Origin: Macrostomum lignano
Lineage: Eukaryota
NCBI GenBank assembly: GCA_002269645.1
Contig: NIVC01000170.1
Coordinates: forward strand, 1 to 63,678
Direction: 5' to 3'
Length of the DNA: 63,678 nt
Below, in pieces: positions 11,861 through 23,800 of the stretch. Each line of letters begins with the position of its first letter. The stretch's first letter is position 1. The notes under the pieces are model-generated. The model saw only the letters and a program-made list of their open reading frames with translations, had not been told where the DNA came from and made no database searches. The position numbers and the translations under genes were made by a program.

Positions 11861-14800
11861 CTGTTTCAGGTTGGAGATGAAGGGTTTTTAGGTTGGAGAT
11901 GAAGGGTTTTTAGGTTGGAGATGAAGGGTTTTTAGGTTGGAGATGAAGGGTTTCTAGGTTGGAGATGAAGGGTTTGTAGGTTGGAGATGAAGGGTTTGTA
12001 GGTTGGAGATGAAGGGTTTCTAGGTTGGAGATGAAGGGTTTGTAGGTTGGAGATGAAGGGTTTGTAGGTCGGAGATGAAGGGCTAGTAGGCTCGAGATGA
12101 AGGGTTTGCAAGCTTGAGATGAAGGTTTGTAGTTTTGAAAGTTGAAATGAGGGGACATAGACTGAGATGCAGGGTTTTAAGAGATTAAGATCTGCAACAG
12201 TGAGCAGCAGATCCCTGTAAATGAACAGCTTACCCAGTCGTGGAACTTGTTAGCAATATTGGCGAAGCTCTTCCTGAACTCCTCCTTGCGCTCCTGGTTG
12301 CGCAGCTCGGCAGTGAGCTCCCGGTCCCGGTTCACAATGATGGCCTTGAGATTCTCCCAGGTGCTCTGGATGTTCTCCATGGTGTACCAGGTGTAGGGAT
12401 TCAAGGTCACCGCAAACTCTTTGATCTCTTTGTCCAGCTTCTCCAAACTGCGATAGCGCTCCTCCGAGTCCTTCAGCGACACTTTGAATCGTTCGTGGTG
12501 CTCGCGAAGCTTCTTGACTTCGTCCAGCGAGTTGCACTGAACTGGATCCAGCAAGTCTTCCTCGGCGTTCTCGTACCAGGAGTTGAAGGCGGAGGCCTCC
12601 TTGGCGAACTGAAGGAACAGATCCTCCACGTGCTTGTAGCGCTTCTCCAGATCCTTCAGCTGGTCACGCCGGGCGGTTGAGCCCTTCTTCAGGGCCTCCC
12701 AGCGCTGCAGCACGAATTTCAGGCGATTGTTGATGGCCTCAGTCTGGTCGTGCTTGGCCTCGACCAGCTGGTCGCGCAGGGCGGAGATGCTCTGGATGCC
12801 TTCCTTCTCGAATGCCTGCGATTGTGGCGAATTGAGTTCATGGTGAGATGTGGATCTCGATGTACTTCAATGGACTCGATGCAATAAACACGCAGACCCT
12901 ACCCAAACCCTTCATTTACCTAACAGGCCCTTTATTTGCCCTACAGACCCTTCATTCAACCCTTCATGCAACCTACAGACCCTTCATTTACCCTACATAC
13001 ACTTCATCTACCCTACAGACCCTTCATTCACCCTACAGACCCTTCATTCACCCTACAGACCCTTCATTCACCCTACAGACCCTTCATTCACCCTACAGAC
13101 CCTTCATTCACCCTACAGACCCTTCATTCACCCTACAGATCCTTCATTCACCCTACAGACCCTTCATTCACCCTACAGACCCTTCATTCACCCTACAGAC
13201 CCTTCATTCACCCTACAGACCCTTCATTCACCCTACAGATCCTTCATTCACCCTACAGACCCTTCATTCACCCTACAGACCCTTCATTCACCCTACAGAC
13301 CCTTCATTCAACCTACAGACCCTTTATTTACCCTACAGACCCTTCATTTACCCTACAGACCCTTCATTTACCCTACAGACCCTTCATATACCCTACAGAC
13401 CCTTCATATACCCTACAGACCCTTCATATACCCTACAGACCCTTCATTCACCCTACAGACCCTTTATTTACCCTACAGACCCTTCATTTACCCTACAGAC
13501 CCTTCATATACCCTACAGACCCTTCATATACCCTACAGACCCTTCATATACCCTACAGACCCTTCATTCACCCTACAGACCCTTCATTCAACCTACAGAC
13601 CCTTTATTCACCCTACAGACCCTTCATTTACCCTACAGACCCTTCATTTACCCTACAGACCCTTCATTTACCCTACAGACCCTTTATTTACCCTACAGAC
13701 CCTTCATATACCCTACAGACCCTTCATTCACCCTACAGACCCTTCATTCAACCTACAGACCCTTCATTCACCCTACAGACCCTTCATTCAACCTACAGAC
13801 CCTTTATTTACCCTACAGACCCTTAATTTACCCTACAGACCCTTCATATACCCTACAGACCCTTCATTCACCCTACAGACCCTTCATATACCCTACAGAC
13901 CCTTCATATACCCTACAGACCCTTCATTCACCCTACAGACCCTTCATTTACCCTACAGACCCTACACTCCCCAGACGGCAGCTCACCTGCAGCCCAGCAT
14001 CAAAAGCCTCCTGCTTGGTGAGCAGAGTCTGCACGCTGCTCAAATCCCGGCCGTAGTCGTCAGAGCGCACGATGGACTCCTTGTCCTTGATCCAGGACTC
14101 CACAACGTCGGTTTTCCACATGAACTGCAGGAAGGCGGAGTTGTCAGTCAGCTGACTGCGTCGTTTAGCGGCAGCGTTGCGCAGCACCTCCAGCTTGGCT
14201 TTGAGACCTTCGCAACGACGCTCGATGGTGTCCTTCTGGATGTTGTCGGCGGCAATGAGCTCGTCGCCTTTGGAGCAGATCTCCTGGCACCGCTCCTCGT
14301 GCACGTGACAGTCGGTCTCGAAGGTGTCGTGCTTCTTCAGCAGGCCCTGCACTGCAGCCAGGTTGTCGCCGAGATCGTTGGATGACAGCAGGTGCTGCTT
14401 CTCCATGATCCACGCCTCTTCCTCCTCAACCTGGGTGAGGAACTCGTGGTACCTGCGGTGGGGTTTTTGTTGCAGTGTGGTCACCTGCCTCTGCAATGCC
14501 CCAATCTGCCTCTCAGCTGCCCCAATCTGCCTCTCAGCTGCCCCAATCTGCCTCTCAGCTGCCCCAATCTGCCTCTCAGCTGCCCCACTCAGCTGCCCCA
14601 ATCTGCCTCTCAGCTAACCCAATCTGCCTCTCAGCTAACCCAATCTGCCTCTCAGCTGCCCCAATCTGCCTCTCAGCTGCCCCAATCTGCCTCTCAGCTA
14701 CCCCAATCTGCCTCTCAGCTGCCCCAATCTGCCTCTCAGCTACCCCAATCTGCCTCTCAGCTGCCCCAATCTGCCTCTCAGCTAACCCAATCTGCCTCTC

Positions 14801-17800
14801 AGCTACCCCAATCTGCCTCTCAGATGCCCCAATCTGCCTCTCAGCTAACCCAATCTGCCTCTCAGATGCCCCAATCTGCCTCTCAGCTAACCCAATCTGC
14901 CTCTCAGCTAACCCAATCTGCCTCTCAGCTACCCCAATCTGCCTCTCAGATGCCCCAATCTGCCTCTCAGCTAACCCAATCTGCCTCTCAGCTACCCCAA
15001 TCTGCCTCTCAGATGCCCCAATCTGCCTCTCAGCTACCCCAATCTGCCTCTCAGCTGCCCCAATCTGCCTCTCAGCTGCCCCAATCTGCCTCTCAGCTGC
15101 CCCAATCTGCCTCTCAGCTAACCCAATCTGCCTCTCAGCTACCCCAATCTGCCTCTCAGATGCCCCAATCTGCCTCTCAGCTAACCCAATCTGCCTCTCA
15201 GCTACCCCAATCTGCCTCTCAGATGCCCCAATCTGCCTCTCAGCTGCCCCAACCCCAAAGCACAAACCAGCCACTCACTTGACAGACTGGTCCAGCTTGC
15301 GAGCTCTCTCAGCTGCCAGCTCCTTGAGCTCCTCCCAGTTCTCAGCCTGCTTCCGCAGCCGGTTCTCAATCTCGGCCGGATCCTCAACTTTGCCCTCGGC
15401 AATGAGCCGGTGACCTTCCTCTTCCACGGCGCGGATGGCTGGCTCGTGAGCGTGAATGTCGCCCTCCAATCGGCGGTGCTTCTTCATCAGATTCTGCACG
15501 CCGAGCAGGTCGCGGCCGAGTTCGCCGCTCTGCACCAAAATCTTCTTCTCGCGAATCCAGGCCTCTTCGTCGTCCAGGTTGCGGAAGAAGTCGTGCAGCT
15601 TCTTGGCTTTCTCCAGGCGAGCGGCGCGCTCGTCGCACAGCTTCTTGATCTTCTCGTAGCGATCGTTGATGAGGTTCTTGCGCTCCTGCATTGGTTGGGT
15701 TGGATGGGGAGGGCGATGCGACATATAGACACAATCCGGCGCCACATTAGAGACACAATCCGGCGCCACATTAGAGACACAATCCGGCACCACATTAGAG
15801 ACACAATCCGGCGCCACATTAGAGACACAATCCGGCGCCACATTAGACACAATCCGGCACCACATTAGAGACACAATCCGGCGCCACATTAGAGACACAA
15901 TCCGGCGCCACATTAGACACAATCCGGCACCACATTAGAGACACAATCCGGCGCCACATTAGACACAATCCGGCGCCACATTAGACACAATCCGGCGACA
16001 CATTAGAGACACAATCCGGCGCCACATTAGACACAATCCGGCGCCACATTAGAGACACAATCCGGCGCCACATTAGAGACACAATCCGGCGCCACATTAG
16101 AGACACAATCCAGCGCCACATTAGAGACACAACTCGGCACCACATTAGAGACACAATCCGGCGCCACATTAGAGACAATCCGGCACCACATTAGACACAA
16201 TCCGGCGCCACATTAGACACAATCCGGCGACACATTAGAGACACAATCCGGCGCCACATTAGAGACACAATCCAGCGCCACATTAGAGACACAATCCGGC
16301 GCCACATTAGAGACACAACTCGGCACCACATTAGAGACACAATCCGGCGCCACATTAGAGACAATCCGGCACCACATTAGACACAATCCGGCGCCACATT
16401 AGACACAATCCGGCGACACATTAGAGACACAATCCGGCGCCACATTAGAGACACAATCCGGCGCCACATTAGAGACACAATCCGGCGCCACATTAGACAC
16501 AATCCGGCGCCACATTAGACACAATCCGGCGCCACATTAGACACAATCCGGCGCCACATTAGAGACACAATCCGGCGACACATTAGAGACACAATCCGGC
16601 GCCACATTAGAGACACAATCCGGCGCCACATTAGAGACACAATCCGGCGCCACATTAGACACAATCCGGCGCCACATTAGAGACACAATCCGGCGCCACA
16701 TTAGACACAATCCGGCACCACATTAGAGACACAATCCGGCGTCACATTAGAGACACAACCTGGCGCCACATTAGACACAACTCGGCGCCACATTAGAGAC
16801 ACAACCTGGCGCCACATTAGAGACACAATTCGGCGCCATATTAAAGACAATTTGGCGCCATATTAAAGACAATTTGGCGCCAAATTAAAGACACAATTGG
16901 CATCACATATAAGACATGATTTGGCGCCACATTAGAGACACAACATGGCGCCATATTAAAGACACAATTTGGCGCCACATTTAAGACAATAAATGTGTCC
17001 GCACCTGCACGGCCTCCGGATCCAGCTGGCCGGTAGGATCCTGGGCGAACCGATCCAGATCGGCGATCCGCTCCTGATGAGTGGCGATATCCGCGCGCAG
17101 AATCTCCTGCTTGTTAAACAGGTCGTCAACGGCGCCGCTGTCCCGTCCAGTCTGCTGATTGTCCAGCGCGTGCTCGGTCTCTTCCAGCCAGAATTCGATG
17201 TCCTTGATGCCGGCATTGTACACAGCCTGACGATTAGCCTCGTTGAGTTTCTCGCTCTTGTCCTCCGCCCGTTTGTTCAACTCTTTCCAGCCGTTCTGCA
17301 GGTTTTCAACTTGCTCTTTGACGGCATCCTCCTGGCCCATGCACTGGCCATTGTCGATTAGCTCTGATGATGACAAATTATTTAAAAATATAGGTAGTAA
17401 AATGCTTGCTTATTATAGCTTACTCTAAGTAGAGTAATAGTTTCTGTATGAACCTCGTTTCTTAGAAATACACTACGGAGATAGGGACTTTTTAGCTTTA
17501 TTATATTAACACGGACGATTAAACTTCCGTGGCCAGAATAATATAGTATTTGTCATGCTATCTCAGCCTAGAGACATCCAAACTCAGCCAGCCCATCTCA
17601 ACAGTGCGATTTTTTACGTAAGCCAGTCAAGTTTTACCATAGACATGCTTCTTAAGGCCATGCTTTCTCAGCCTGGGACATGCAATCTCAGCCACTTTTC
17701 AGATTCTTACTGACTTTTCTTGCTGCGTTCATTCATTGCTGTTTGTTGCCATTTCATGTCACGTTACAGAAATGATAGCATTGAGATCTGTTTGCAATTG

Positions 17801-20800
17801 AAATCTATATTGGCTGAGATTGCATGTCCCAGGCTGAGATAGCATGGCCTTAAGAAGCATGTCTATGGTAAAACTCGACTAGCTCGAGCCAAAAACGCAT
17901 TGCGGAATGGGGCTGGCTGAGTTTGGATGTCCCTAGGCTGAGATAGCATGACAAAAGCTATACTTTTGAAGTTTCTCCACCTGATTGACAGTTTATGAGC
18001 TGTCTATGGCCCAAACCTGTCATAAAATCAGCATCAACTCAATGATGATAATGAAGAACAGTGTGACAGTCATTCGTAGTTTTTTCTTGTTTGAAAAATT
18101 ATAGCAGAAAAATGCACTAGTAACCTACTTAACAGTAGAGTAGTGCGAATATCAATGCAATTCTATATAATATAATGTAATACTACCAACTAAATAGTTT
18201 TCTTTCCCCATAATAAACAAAGCTAACTTTGCGTATTTAATTACATTTTGCGGCGTTAGCGAAAGGCGGAAAACTAACTTATTTTCTCTAACCAAATTTT
18301 GCAAGACAGGCTAAGAGGCAGAAGAGCCGAGTGAGGGTAGACAAACAGACATGGATCGATATATTTTATATGACTATATTCCTAGGCCTTGTATGGCTGG
18401 GAGGCGAGGCGAGTGGATCTGGCTAGAGGGGCAGACAGACAGGACAGAGAGTACAGTGCTGTACAGCACCCAGACTGAAGCACAGAGGTCTAGAATGCAT
18501 GGTAGGCAAGCTAGCAAGGGGGGCGGCAACTTATAGCATTAGTCAGCCAGCGCCCTTTCCTGGCTGGGTCAGAAAAGGAATGCAAAGAAGTTAAAAAAAC
18601 ACAGTTAAACGTTCGCAGCTAACTGTAAATCTTATTAATGTAAACATTATCTCAGATTTAGCAGGCCTGCGACTGCCAAGAAAGCTTGTATAATAAATAT
18701 GCAAGCAGATAAGAGCTTTTATTCTAAACACGCTCTGTGCGCACACTAAGGGAAGGGGGTTCATTCACTGATTCACAAGCTTAGCTTGAAAAATGCATTT
18801 GCACTGGGCACCGGGCATGTGCTAGACTAAAAGCGTTTAATCTGATGTCCCAGTTACAGGGCTCTGTGCTGTCACACAAAGGAGATTCTGTTTACAAAAT
18901 AGATTTTCATTTACACTATACACAATTTACACGGCTTTATTCGATCACACAAAATTATAGTTTCATTCACACAAATTATCGTTTCATTCACACATGGCTT
19001 CATTCACACAAATTATAGTTTCATTTACAGAATTTATGGTTTCATTCACACAAATCATAGTTTCATTCACACAAATTATGGTTTCTTTCACACATGGCTT
19101 TATTCACACAAATTATAGTTTCATTCACACAAATCATAGTTTCATTCACACAAATCATAGTTTCATTCACACAAATTATGGTTTCTTTCACACATGGCTT
19201 TATTCTTCACACAAACTAAAGCTTCATTTACAAAATTTATGGTTTCATTCACACAAATAGTGGCTTCATTCACACAAATAGTGGCTTCATTCACACAAAT
19301 TCTAGTTTCATTTACGCATATTATAATTCCATTCACACATTATGGCTTCTTTTACACAAATTATAGTTTCATTCACACATGGCTTCCTTCACACAAATTA
19401 TCGTTTCATTCACACGTGGCTTCATTCTTCACACAAATTATAGCTTCATTCTTCAAACAAATTATAGCTTCATTTACAAAATTTATGACTTCATTCACAC
19501 AAATAGTAGCTTCATTCACACAAATTCTAGTTTCATTTACGCATATTATAGTTTCATTCACACAAATTATTATTTCTTTCACACGTGGCTTCATTCTTCA
19601 CACAAATTATAGCTTCATTAACAAATTTATGGCTTCATTCACACAAATAGTGGCTTCATTCACACAAATTCTAGTTTCATTTACGCATATTATAGTTTCA
19701 TTCAGACAAATTATGATTCGATTCCCATATAGGAGCTTTATTCGCACAATTTTCAACAAACGAACTCACTCTGGCCATTCTCCACGACGCCCCTCAGCCG
19801 GTCGGCATTCGCGGCCAGCTCGGCCACAAACGCCTGATGCTTCTGGTATTTGGCCTGCACATTGGCAATCTTGGCGCTGTCCTTGTAGGAATCGTCACCA
19901 ACCGACTGCAGCTTCTCATTGATCCAGATGTTCATCTCCTCGGCATCGCGGATGAAGTCTTGCAGATTGCGAACATCGCCCAGCTTGGCTCGGTCAGCTT
20001 CCATAGCCTTCTTTAGCGAGCCCCATCTGGCCAGCACCTCCTGCTTCTTGTTCTCAATGCCGTCGCTGTCGTAATGCTCACTGTTGCGCAGGGAGTCGGC
20101 CTGGGCCACCATGGTTTTAATCTTGTCCTCCTGGATCTTGATAGCCCTGTCCAGATCCTCGTGCTTCTTCATCAGCACATCGACGGTTTTGTCGCCGTCA
20201 ACAGCGCTGTCGGCCTGCTTGATGGAGCCTTCGCGGATGGTCATCCACTCCTCCAGCTGCTCGCACTCGCGCAGGTAGTACTGCAGGTCCAGATTCTCTC
20301 CTAGAATTTTGCTCCGCTCCTCCCAGGAAGTGCCCAGCTGTTTCTGCAGTTTGGCCAGCTCCTCCATTCGCTCTTTGATCTCGTCCGAGGCGTAGTGACC
20401 CCGGTCCAGCAGGCTGTTGCCGTAGTTCTCGAAATTGTTAAACGTACCTTTGCGCGCTTCGATTTCCACTTTGTGCTCCTGAGAGAGAGTTTATCGAAAT
20501 GTTTAACGATTACTACTTCATTATCAGCAACAAAATTGTGGAGGATTTACTTGCACTGCTATGCAATAAGCATGATAAGTATTTTATACTTTCGATACAT
20601 ATCGGCAGTTGCTAAAACTGATTTCTATACATATCGACAGTTTTAATAACTGATTTCGATACATATCGGCAGTCGCTATAACTGATTTCGATACATATCG
20701 GCAGTCGCTATAACTGATTTCGATACATATCGGCAGTTGCTAAAACTGATTTCGATACATATTGAGTGTCTTCAAAATTTAAAACAGAACTTGTTTGTCA

Positions 20801-23800
20801 ATCAATCAATCAAACAAACAAATGAGAACAAAATATTTACAATAAACTCAACTAACTAAACAGTGTGGGAGGCTTACTTCCAACAAGCAAGCGGTCATGT
20901 CTAAAAGATTGGCATCTTTAATCTGCAATTCATTACATAGACAGAGCAATAGTTAGCAAATTACTAACACTAGACACGCGTCCGACCATGTGACAGCTTG
21001 ATAAGTAACGGCATCAGATCGGGTTAGTAAATATAAATAGCTAATAGCACTACTACTAACGCAGTTCATAAATAGATTCAAAAAAATAAAACAAAATAAA
21101 CTCCAGCAAAGCAGACAGTCTGTACTTTTGAGACTGTTTTAAAGTCATGCATTCCTACAGTCTAACAAGGCGAAAACTTTAATTAAAGGCTAAACTAACT
21201 ATATTCAATATATATTATATAGTTACGTAGGCTCAATGGTTACAGAGATTTATACGGAGTACATATGGGCAAGCAGGTTGCATGGTAGATTTGTCAAGAT
21301 TGAATAAATTTATTTTAGGGGCAATCTGTATACATAAAGTAATATAGATGCGTAATTTTATGATAATAAACATATGATCTTCAGGATCTGGGAGGCTGGC
21401 CCAGCAACTGACACTCTGGGAGGCAGTGGCCCAGCAACTGAGTATTGAGGACTGGGGATCTGGGAGACTGACCTAGCAACTGAGGATCTGGGAGGCTGAC
21501 CTATCAACTGAGGATCTGGGAGGCTGGCCCAGCAACTGAGGATCTGGGAGGCTGACCTAGCAACTGAGTATTGAGGACTGGGGATCTGGGAGACTGACCT
21601 AGCAACTGAGGATCTGGGAAGCTGACCTAGCAACTGAGTATTGAGGACTGGGGATCTGGGAGACTGACCTATCAACTGAGGATCTGGGAGGCTGGCCCAG
21701 CAACTGAGGATCTGGGAGGCTGACCTAGCAACTGAGTATTGAGGACTGGGGATCTGGGAGACTGACCTAGCAACTGAGGATCTGGGAAGCTGACCTAGCA
21801 ACTGAGTATTGAGGACTGGGGATCTGGGAGACTGACCTATCAACTGAGGATCTGGGAGGCTGGCCCAGCAACTGAGGATCTGGGAGGCTGACCTAGCAAC
21901 TGAGTATTGAGGACTGGGGATCTGGAAGACTGACCTAGCAACTGAGGATCTGGGAGGCTGACCTAGCAACTGAGTATTGAGGACTGGGGATCTGGGAGAC
22001 TGACCTAGCAACTGAGGATCTGGGAGGCTGACCTATCAACTGAGGATCTGGGAGGCTGGCCCAGCAACTGAGGATCTGGGAGGCTGACCTAGCAACTGAG
22101 TATTGAGGACTGGGGATCTGGGAGACTGACCTAGCAACTGAGGATCTGGAAGCTGACCTAGCAACTGAGTATTGAGGACTGGGGATCTGGGAGACTGACC
22201 TATCAACTGAGGATCTGGGAGGCTGGCCCAGCAACTGAGGATCTGGGAGGCTGACCTAGCAACTGAGTATTGAGGACTGGGGATCTGGAAGACTGACCTA
22301 GCAACTGAGGATCTGGGAGGCTGACCTAGCAACTGAGTATTGAGGACTGGGGATCTGGGAGACTGACCTAGCAACTGAGGATCTGGGAAGCTGACCTAGC
22401 AACTGAGTATTGAGGACTGGGGATCTGGGAGACTGACCTAGCAACTGAGGATCTGGGAGGCTGGCCTAGCAACTGAGGATCTGGGAGGCTGACCTAGCAA
22501 CTGAGTATTGAGGACTGGGGATCTGGGAGACTGACCTAGCAACTGAGTATTGAGGACTGGGGATCTGGGAGACTGACCTAGCAACTGAGGATCTGGGAAG
22601 CTGACCTAGCAACTGAGTATTGAGGACTGGGGATCTGGGAGACTGACCTAGCAACTGAGGATCTGGGAGGCTGGCCTAGCAACTGAGGATCTGGGAGGCT
22701 GGCCCAACAACTGAGGATATGGGAGGCTGGCCCAACAACTGAGGATCTGGGAGGCTGGCCCAGCAACTGAGGAGCTGGGAGGCTGGCCCAGCAACTGACA
22801 CTCTGGGAGGCTGGCCCAGCAACTAAGGAGCTGGGAGGCTGGCCCAGCAACTGAGGAGCTGGGAGGCTGGCCCAACAACTGAGGATCTAGGAGGCTGGCC
22901 CAACAACTGACACTCTCGGTAGTCTCGGAGGCTGACCCAGCAACTGAGGATCTGGGAGGCTGGGGATGACCCATTTTGAAGCCTGATGACGTGGAACCAG
23001 GCAGACACTAAGACTAGGATTAAAGCGAAAAATATAAATATGAAAAAGTACAAACTGATATAGGATATTTATGATCCGGGTTTGAGTAGTAGATAATAAA
23101 CTGACTGATAAAGGTTTATCATATATGCATTCTGAAACGGTCTTATACGATAAATAGCGGTGCTTTTTCTTAAATTCCGATCGTAGTACCTCGGGCGGTG
23201 CCAGTTCGGCAATGCGGCTACTGATCTCAGCAGCCAAGTCCTGCACGCAATTAATTATTAATTATTAGATTAGACTTCAGATTAGATTAGACTTTTTTGT
23301 ACACCTGGAAACGCACACACACGGAGACAGGCACGAACAATTGGTAGTGAAAAATAAGCGCCATTGAAGCTATGATTAGGGAAATTCAGGCTCAGCCACG
23401 TTATTAATGCTCTTTGTTGCAAACTAAACAAAAAAGTGCAGGAACTCGACTGTGCATTGTTGTTATAAAAGCGTTATTAATTATTAACAAACAATTATTG
23501 AGATTAATTTCTTAGTACGGTTTAATTTAGGCTGGTTAAAGTGCAATTTGAAAGTGTTGCCAATTTTGCTTACATTGAGAGAATGTAAGTGATGAGTTTT
23601 TTTGTACTTCTAAATCATAGTGCAAACTATAATTACATTAACAATACGAATAATTAAAATCAATACAATTATACAAAAAACATTAATGTGAATTACTTAT
23701 TAGCAAATCCTGATACCGGAACAAAGGAACACAATTGACACCAAAATAACAGTTATGGCTCAAGGAAACACACAATATACTTTTTAATTATATTTTTGAG

